A stretch of DNA of 64,000 nucleotides from the NCBI RefSeq assembly GCF_009914755.1, contig NC_060948.1. One strand, 5' to 3'. Made by a program: the position numbers and the translations under genes. The notes beneath the pieces were generated by a model, which worked only from the letters and a program-made list of their open reading frames with translations, was not told the origin of the DNA and ran no database searches. This DNA comes from the human T2T-CHM13v2.0 reference genome, Homo sapiens. Each line of letters begins with the position of its first letter. The stretch's first letter is position 1. This document shows, one piece after another, positions 55,363 to 64,000 of the stretch.

Positions 55363-57099
55363 TGCATTTTTGAAATAATGTAGCCAAAAGGAGACAATAC
55401 AGAATGTGTAGTAATTCTATTAGTATACAAATGGAACATCCACAAGTTATGGCTTTATCAATGACATGATGTTCTCTTAGTGGCACTTTTTATTTCAATC
55501 TCTCCAAATACATGTTAATCAAATTGTTCCAGTCATGTGCACATTTGAAAGATGGAAGTTTAATCCATCCAAATTGAAAAATGGTTTTCTTTGCTTCAAT
55601 TTAAATAATTAGTGGGGAATAAGAAAGCCTACTCTCCAACAATTAATGGAAAAACAGTGGGAATGCAACTTCTCCTGTGCCTACTCCACAAAACAGTGTA
55701 TTTTAAGTCTTATTTCCCACAAATTTGTGAATAGTATATTATTCCCATGCTTACACTCATGACATAAAGCTTAAATTAAAAATAGTTCCAATTCTCCAGC
55801 TAATTCTCCAGCAAACTGATAAAATTTGAAGTTAAAATTTGATATGTGCTTACTTTTACTAACAAAACTTTTGTGCTGCTGATGTGATTTTTTTTGGTAG
55901 CATTCTTAGTCCAGAAAAATGCAATCTGTAACATCTTAGAATCATATGAACACTGGTTTTCATGCCAGGCAGGTTCAGATAGTCTACCCCACACAAGGAA
56001 CCATGCAACCAAACCAGAGCTGGCAGCTGATTTTTTTTTTTTTTATCTCTGGAGGGCAAAGGAGGAGGAGGCTCTCTCTTTCCCTTAGTGCTGTGTATTA
56101 AGTGAATCCCTTTAAATACTCCTACCTTATTTCATTTTCCTCCTTTTCCACCCTAGATATGGACAGTATCCTGAATGGGTGTTTAGAACTCTTACTCATG
56201 TCTTTGTACTTTTATAACAAAGATGTACACTCTTAAATCACATCATTTTATATATTTAAGATACACACTTCTGCAATGAAGACTGAGTTTTATCCTTTCA
56301 TTAATGGGAAGTCACTATAGGAATTTATGCTGTTGAGTTCAAAATTAATTACCAAACGATTCTGGAACAGATGTGTTACAGTATGATCTGTGAGCTCTTC
56401 AAAAAGGAAAAGTGGCTCACAAGGACTTCATGAAATAGTTTACCTTGATATAAAGGTGAGATGATAAAGAACAAATGAGGTTAAGGAATATCCTCCAAGT
56501 CATGCTGATTGAGGACAGGAAATGTGCACAAAGCTCCAAAGCTCTTGCTGTAGCTCAGTGTACGTCCTGTTGGAGAGAGAAAACAGTTGAAAAGAGTTGC
56601 CTGATACTTGCATACTGGACATAGTCAAGGGTGCTATGAGATTGGATTCTGGACTAGAGCCAATGAACTCCATTCCTCTGTGTGTATCTGAGCTTCTCGG
56701 TGACATCTGCCTAGGGTAAGTGGGAGGTGACAAAGAGAGGACCTTCTCCATTTTAGAGGCCAGATAGATCAGTAAACATTTCCTAGTGGTAGGAGGTTCT
56801 ATTATTTTCCACTTAAAACCTTCTGATATTGGAGTCAGTGTCTATTAGTATGTATACCAGGTGGACTGGGGTTTTGATGAGGCATTCTGCTTTCTGTAGC
56901 AGTCAGCAGGGCTACCCTCCCATCGTCCCTGGAGTCCTTGTTTTCTGCAGTTCAGCAGCTCGCTGTGAATGAGCTGAGGTTTTTTCATGATGGACCCTGT
57001 TTCAGAATTCAGGACAACCAAAGCTTAACAAGGTTAACCACATCACATGTACTTCACACCAGAACTTATGTGATTACCATCTCCTGGTTAGAAATAATA

Positions 57100-57362
57100 A
57101 TAATTTTTTTTCAGATAGGGTCTTACTCTGTTGTTTACACTGGACTGCACTGGCATCATCATGGCTCACTGCAGCCTCCTGGGCTCAATGAATTCTCCCA
57201 CTGTAGCCTCCCAAATAGCTGAGACTACAGGCACACAACTACACCAGGCTAATTTTTTTTTTAAGCGACCAAGAATCGGTATGCGTTCAGGCTGTTCTCC
57301 AATTTTTGGGCTTAAGTGGCCCTTCTGCCTAAGCCTTCCAAACTGCTGAGATTACAATGTGA
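57100..57362 (-). mobile_element. AluJ, degraded
   Basis: CATGGCTCACTGCAGCCTCCTGGGCTCAA..GAGACTACAGGC. Confidence 0.8.
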
Positions 57363-57439
57363 TTGGAAATTCTTAAGTGAGAGGCAATTCTGACACCATA
57401 ATCATAAAAGGTCACTCAAATAAATATGAAGGTGGAGGA

Positions 57440-58700
57440 AGAAACCTTTAAAAATATGCGTGGTTACACAGAGTACATCCGAACAATAAAATAGTGTGCA
57501 ATTGTGACAAGGACGAGAAAGTTCTTTGTGTATTGATATGTAAAATCTCCAGAAAGCTGCTACATAAAAAAAGTGAGGAATAGAAAAAGAATGAATACAG
57601 TATGCCAGTTTTGCTTAGGAAAAGGGGAGTAATAATATATCTGCATATTTGAATAAACATTGGAAGCATATAAAACGTGGAGGCCAGAAATGGAGGAGAG
57701 GGATTAGCAGGTAGGAGATTACTCAATATATGCCTTTCATATCATTTTTTTGGATGATATACATTTTTACTTGCTATGATACATTAAATCAAGTAGGATC
57801 TGGTTTAACATTCTATCAAGGTTAATATCCTATAGTTGATAATTATATTATAGTTATGTAAGATGTTTACATTGGGGTAAGGACAATATTATTTTTACAA
57901 ATTTAGGGTATGTCTAACATTAGTTCAAAACAATTGTTATAAATAAAGGTGACACAAGTAAGTGATAAATGTCTTCAACATCATTAGTTATAGGTGAAAT
58001 CCAAACTAAAAACAAGAAAAGATGCCATTTGTACAGCAAGTAGAATGGCTAAATTTTTTTTTTTTTTTTTTGAGTTGGGACCAGTGCATTTGTGAATCTC
58101 TCATGAACTGGCAGTGGAAGTATAAAATGGTACAACAATATTGCTGGCAAATTCTTATGGAAATAAATGTGTACCTACCTGTTGACCCCAAAATTTCACA
58201 CAGAGGGGTTTATCTATGAAAAACAACTGTGCAGGAATGATCATAACATCTGTACTTACAATTGCCAAAACCTGAAAGCAACCAAAATGTGCAAAAGGAG
58301 AATGGATAAAGGAACTTTTTTTTTTGTATGTTCCTACAGTGCAGTACCACGCAGTAATCATAAGGGACAAAGGACTGACACATCAACAATGCTTATGAAG
58401 CTCACATACACGATGATGAGTGAAAAGAAACTTGATAACAGAGAGCTTGCACCGTATGTCTCCATTTACACAAACTGATTGAGCAGGAAAAACTAACAGA
58501 AGGAAAACCGTATCAGAACTGTAGCTGCCTCTTGTTGGATGATTAACTGGGAAGAGGTAAAAGGGATGAAAATGATTTATATGATAACAAGGTTGTGGAT
58601 CATGGAGGTGTATCTGCTTGTCAAAATTGTGCAGGTAATTTTTCTATGTTTTAGTTGTTCATATTTTATCATTTAAAAAACACTGTAAAAATAATAATTG
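57440..58700 (+). mobile_element. old L1M (ME/MD-like) 3' fragments
   Basis: TCAACATCATTAGTTATAGG, AGTATAAAATGGTACAAC, AACCTGAAAGCAACCAAAATGT and L1ME-type 3'UTR pieces. Confidence 0.7.
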
Positions 58701-59099
58701 CATACAGCTGAGGAATGGGTAGAGATATCAATCATAGAGAATGGCAGTATATGGATGGCACTGAGGTATAGTAATGGATTTGGGGGCTTCAAGAAACCAG
58801 TCTGTTTAGTTTTTCTGTATTTGCTATGTTTCACAATAAAATGTTCAAAATATTCTAAAAAGAAAAAATTCACATTTTGCTATAAAGGGAAGTGGTAGAA
58901 GTAGCAGGGATTTTTTTTTTATTATTGAGAAGATGAAAGTGATTATACCATAGTGTATGCTAACGGGAGTGGTAGAGTTCTCAGGGCTGGAAAAGCATGT
59001 GGCAACTCAAGATGTTCTCTGGCTGACACTGACAATCAAAATGACATTTTAAAATATGCAGTGATCAGATTACACTAAAGGAATGTCAAGAACATTGAA

Positions 59100-59780
59100 T
59101 CGCAGGCTTATGGAAAATGATAAGGAAAGCTAAAAAGTATTTTGGTGATAGCTTTTGGGTAAGAAGACCGAGAAAACCCACACCCATTTCTGAGAGCAGG
59201 TGGTATGTTAGCAGCTATAGAAAGAATTCAGGGCTCTTTCAAATACTCTCTTCTTCTATGTTTACACCAAAGAAAATGGTCTTTAAATTTTAAAGGTGAA
59301 AGCAAATAGATGTGAAAGAGATTTAAGCCATCAATAGATGAAGAGACAATGAAGAACAAAGCTTCTTAAAATAAATTCAAACTCAGATGAATTCTATGTC
59401 AAGAATGGAGAACCTTTGCTAGTAGTTGTTGATTAATGATGGTTTACAAGAGAACCGTTGAGAAATAAAAGATGGGTAAATATGACACCATTTTGCCTTT
59501 CTTTTCTTAAGAGAGGATAACCTTCTGGAAATTACGACTGTTAAATTTGACAATAATCCTCAATGTTCCAGAATAGATACCTAACAAATGTCTTGTAAGC
59601 CGATACTAAATGAAACAGCAATTTCCATAGGCTCAATCGGTTTTCTCAAAGTATGTCCTTACCAAGTCATTTTTACTAAAATTCTTGCATATAATTTGTC
59701 TGGAGGTTAACATGTTATTTGGCAATTTCCCTCTTGCTATTCTAGAGGACAAGACAGTTGTATCAATGAGTGAGCCTCAA
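59100..59780 (+). mobile_element. L3/CR1 LINE ORF2 (RT) remnant
   Basis: CTGGAAATTACGACTGTTAAATTTGAC (degenerate PGNYRPVSLT), followed at CR1-like spacing by QHGF..SCQT-like sequence. Confidence 0.55.
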
Positions 59781-61334
59781 ACCAGGGTATTATGCAACTG
59801 TTCATTTACAGGTATTTGGTAATAATTTTCACCACCCACTGAAAGGCTGCATATCTAATGTCACATGTGGAGAGAAAACCTGGGTTTAGTCATGGAAATG
59901 ATCCATTTCCACCTGCATCTATTCCTATATTTACATATACATCTATAAGTATTTTGTTTACCTATCTTGTCATAAAATTAGCTGACCTTTGTCATCACTT
60001 ATATATTAAAATTAGTTTAACTTAAAATTAAAAATAGCATACATTCTCTATAGTTTGAGAATACATGGCATAACTATTTGAATGTTTTATTTCATGTAAG
60101 AGCTTTGAGACATTTTCTCTCTACTCTTGTGACTGCAAATAATTCAAGATTGTACCAGCACATTTTCATTTTACATCTTGTGAGACAGTCAGGGCTGGAG
60201 ATGGGGTGAAATTAGTATTGGCTTCTTGGAGTTGTTATTAGAATTAAATTTTAAATAGTACCTTGTGCTTTCCATTCTCATCTTCCAAAAAGTGAAATTC
60301 TAAATTCATTAGTAGAGGCTTCTAGCTATGTGTCTTTGAGAGCCACCGGCCTTTCTTCCAAACTATTTGTGATAGCTGTAAAAGAATCACAGTTAATTAA
60401 AGTGCTATTCTAAGGGACTACCTTCCTATATGGAGAAAAAAGACATATAATGAAACAATCTCTTTTTGATGTTTCCATTCATAAACTATCATACTTCAGA
60501 TTTGTATTATTGCCCGAAATTAGCTCCTTAGCTAATAATCACCCCTTAGTTAGAAAATCAGGAAATCCACTGTGGCATATCCAACTCCAAGCACTGTTAA
60601 TGAGTATTGTGTATGATTCTGCACAGGTAAGTTGAAAGCAAATCACTGTGAAAATAATGACATACTCATAGCCTTCTCGTTTCGGGGAGGGTAACATAGC
60701 TCCACTGTTTTAACTACCTCTCTTTAAGCATTAGCAATTTAATGAGGAACATCAATTAGGGTTGTAAGTCATCTTCCCACTTACCACTCAGTTACCTTAC
60801 AGCTTACACTGATTATTTTAGGGTGTGTGATTCCAAAGTAACAACGGTTGACAGTCCTATCACTTAGTACCTTTTAGCTGTAATTATATAACATTTTGAG
60901 TGATTCTCTAGAGTTTTCCTTTGTTGTGCAAATAGTAATCTCTTGGCAAAAAGAAATGACATTTGAACTGCTTTAATAGCCTCGCTCTGAAATGTAATTA
61001 ATATTGCAATTACTCTAATAAGTAGGTTACTATAATTATTTCTCTGCTTTATTATACAACTGTCGAGAGAAGATGAAAGTGGAAGTAGGAAGAGTTGGAA
61101 ATTTTATCTCTTTGTCCTTGAGCAATAGTTTTTTCTTTCAGTTATTTTTGTTTCATCTTGTTTTCATTTACAACAATGGAAAGAATGGTCATCCCTTTGT
61201 AGGATGGTACAAAAGTTACCTAAGGTAATTCCCAAAGTAAATTGTTCTCTTCCACAAAATGGGGATGATGGCATTATCTTCCTGGAATTGTCCTTACTTT
61301 TAGTAGCAGTTCAACTAATTCTGGTTTTCCTCTT

Positions 61335-61765
61335 ATAATGTTTTAGGATAGTTTTTAAATTACAGAAAAATTACAATGAGTAGTAGTACAGAGAGTTCCC
61401 ATCTACCCCAAAACCCACTTCCCCTATTGTGGACATCTGGTAAATTTATCAAAATTTTAATAAACCAACGTTGACATGTTAGTGTTAACTAAAGTCCACT
61501 TCTTATTTGGATTTCCCTTATGTTTTTATCTAATGTCTCTTTTCTGTTCCAGGATCTCATCTGGGGTAACATCACACTATTTTTCATGTTTTCTTGGGCT
61601 CTTTTTGTTCTGACAATTTTTCAGATGCTTTATTGGTAATCTTGACAGTTATGGGACAGTTAGAGGATCAGATATTTTGTAAAATGTCCCTCAATTTACA
61701 TGAATCCAATGTTTTTCCCACGACTACACTGGGTTTATAGGCATTTGAGACAAAGATCACAGAAA
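61335..61765 (-). mobile_element. L1MC-like 3' end
   Basis: TACAGAGAGTTCCCAT..TTAACTAAAGTCCA..TTCTGTTCCAGGATC..TAAAATGTCCCTCAATT. Confidence 0.75.
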
Positions 61766-61894
61766 TACTTTTACCTCCTTTCATTTTCCATCCGCCTTCT
61801 TTCTTTTTCTCATATTTTCTTTTTTTTCCTCTTTACTTTATTTTATAAGTAAGTTTCTCCTCCTTATTGCCCTGGGAACAAAATTTTCTTCACT

Positions 61895-62025
61895 TATTAT
61901 TATTATTATTTTTTGAGACAGGATCTTGCTCTATTGCCCAGGCTGGGATGCAGTGGTGCAATCATTGTTCACTGCAGCCTCAAACTCCTGGGCTCAGGTG
62001 ATCCTCCCACCTTAACCCCCTGAGT
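61895..62025 (-). mobile_element. Alu monomer (FLAM/FRAM or AluJ right arm)
   Basis: (TTA)n tail plus GAGACAGGATCTTGCTC..TGATCCTCCCACCTT. Confidence 0.85.
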
Positions 62026-62291
62026 GTTTATGCTCATTTTAACACAGCAAATGTAAGTGGATGTTCAGATATACCAGAAAAAAAATGAAATTAAAGGTAC
62101 GTACTCTAAAAACCATAAGAATTTTATTTTGATATGCTGAATCAGATCCAGGTGGAATGTTTCAGGAAGTAGAAATAGGACTGTAAACATAAGTAGATAC
62201 TAATAAACAATTCATACTGAAACACTTGATAAAGTGTGTTAACCAAAAGCATTTATGAGAATGGAAAGATGAATATGTAATTATACAGACT

Positions 62292-62458
62292 GCATCTATA
62301 ATTATATAATATAATACATAATTATATATATAATTCTCATAATTATATATTATATAATTTTATTATTGGAATTATAATATGATTGTATTTAATCATGTAA
62401 TTAATTATATAATTATAATGTTGGAAGCATCTATAATTTTAATATTGGAAGCATCCTT
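62292..62458. repeat. AT-rich quasi-palindromic tract
   Basis: TATAATTATATAAT..ATTATATAATTATA, flanked by GCATCTATAATT twice. Confidence 0.7.
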
Positions 62459-62859
62459 AAGTTTTTTATAATTTGCATAGATTTCTTACAGAATTTAAGT
62501 TTCACAACTTTATTAGCAGATTTATTGCCTAAATAAAATGTAAAGTAAGGTTTTTTTAACCCTGGGCAGACGACTAAATACACCCAAAACAAGATAGCTT
62601 TATTTTTTTCATGGGGTTGAGTAATAACAAAGATAATGATTGGGCCTTGGTGTTGATTTCTGACACAGTTTGGCAGGCTTGACAGTAGTTTGAGGTGCTT
62701 CACATGTGTTAGGCTCTGAAACAGCTAAGGCCTCCCTTCAAGCTTATTCTATTTTCCCATCAGGATTGTTGCATTTCTAAGTTTATAGATAATCTATTGC
62801 ATATCTGTAGTGTCCTTGGACTCTGAAAGTGTGAGTCATTTGTTGCTCAAGTCTCTCGG

Positions 62860-63671
62860 GCTGGTTAATTGCATGTGTCACCTTGACTGGGCCACAGGAT
62901 GCCCAAATACGTGATCAAACTTATTAAGTCTGTCTGGGAAGGTGTTTTAGATGTTTTATTTTTAATTCTTGTGGGTACGTAGTAGGCATATGTAACTATG
63001 GGGCATGTAAGATACTTTGGTGCAGTGATGTAGTGCATAATAATCCCATCAAAGAAAATTAGGTATTCATTCTCTCCAGCATTTAACCTCTGGTGGGAGG
63101 GGGTTTTAGGATGAGATTAACATTTACAGTGATGACTAACTAAAGCAGATTTTCTTTGCCAATGTGTGTGGACCTTATCCAATCAGCCAAATGCTTGAGA
63201 AGTACAAAGACTGACCTCCCCCAAGTAACAGAGAATTCTCCTGCCTTTCAGCTTTCAAACTGGGGCATAGACTCTTCCTGGTTCTGCAGCCTCCTGCCAG
63301 CCTTAGGACACGAATTGGGAGATCAATTGGAGTTTCTACAGGTTTTGGACTTGTCAGTCTTTACAGTTACATGAAGCAATTACTTATAATAAGTCTCTTT
63401 CTCTCTCTGTGTGTGTGTGTCTATGTGTGAGTGTGTGTATCTGTATGTGAGTGTGTGTGCATGCACATATTATAGATATCATATATTTATATACTGGAGA
63501 TACCTATACCTATATCTTTATACATGTAGGGACTTATTTTATTGCTCATGCAATTGTAGAGGCTGACTATATACATGCACACACAGAGACACATCTTAAT
63601 ATGTATATCTTTATTTGAGATATATAGATCTCATATCAATTTGTTTATCTGGAGGTCCCAGACTGATATAG
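62860..63671 (+). mobile_element. MLT2 (ERVL) solo LTR with internal (TG)n/(TA)n and an L1 tip insertion
   Basis: TGGTTAAT..TGTGTCACCTTGACTGGGCCACAGGATGCCCA start; TCTGGAG..GACTGATATA end. Confidence 0.85.
62955..63092 (-). mobile_element. L1MA-like extreme 3' tip inside MLT2
   Basis: TTTTAATTCTTGTGGGTACGTAGTAGG..CATAATAATC. TSD-like TGGGAAGGTGTTTTAGATG / TGGGAGGGGGTTTTAGGATG. Confidence 0.75.
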
Positions 63672-64000
63672 ATTTCTTCTCTACTTATGCAGACATTATG
63701 TAAATGGATTTAAGTCTTTTTTAAATACTCTTATGATACAGGTCAGGACTATGCCATCTGATTAGCATAAATTATGATCCCACAACTTGTTTGGAAAAGA
63801 ATGGAAGAATTCAGGCTTTCCACTTACCTAATCAAATGGTAGTCATTTCACTGATTATCTTCTTTTGTACTCATTTACTTCAATTTAATTCAATCATTAT
63901 TAAGCTCCTATCCAACATCCATGGGAAAAGTTATTATTAGACAAGGTTCTTGCACAATTGCATTGAATTGTGCAAAGAAAAATAACTCTTTTGAGGTCTT

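Noticed and set aside
56700-60635. Consensus-like splice donors GG|GTAAGT (~56716) and CAG|GTAAGT (~60627)
   Set aside because: No convincing paired acceptor or coding frame; such hexamers are expected by chance in 64 kb.

Overview
Repeat-dense primate genomic DNA, almost certainly human, because it carries near-consensus AluYa5 and AluYb8 copies. I see no intact cellular gene or RNA gene. Bases 1-8.47 kb are a decayed HERV9 provirus (leader, gag, pro-pol, env, 3' LTR12) with an Alu between pol and env. Bases 46.8-53.0 kb are a near full-length, dead L1PA6/7-like element with an 18-bp TSD. Bases 22.8-27.35 kb are an old L1MA-like element with a 5' inversion of twin-priming geometry. The rest is Alu, MIR, L2, L3/CR1, MaLR/ERV solo LTRs and hAT MITEs. 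The points most worth follow-up are: a possible small hydrophobic ORF remnant between HERV9 pol and env; an unassigned ~270-bp hairpin hit by two Alus; three very young Alus within 17 kb, two of them a near-identical inverted pair; a 5-copy ~56-bp diverged tandem array between inverted MER102-type ends; and several fold-back AT-rich palindromes. I found no convincing new biological system. Family and subfamily calls come from recalled consensus sequences, not a database search, and boundaries of old repeats are approximate.
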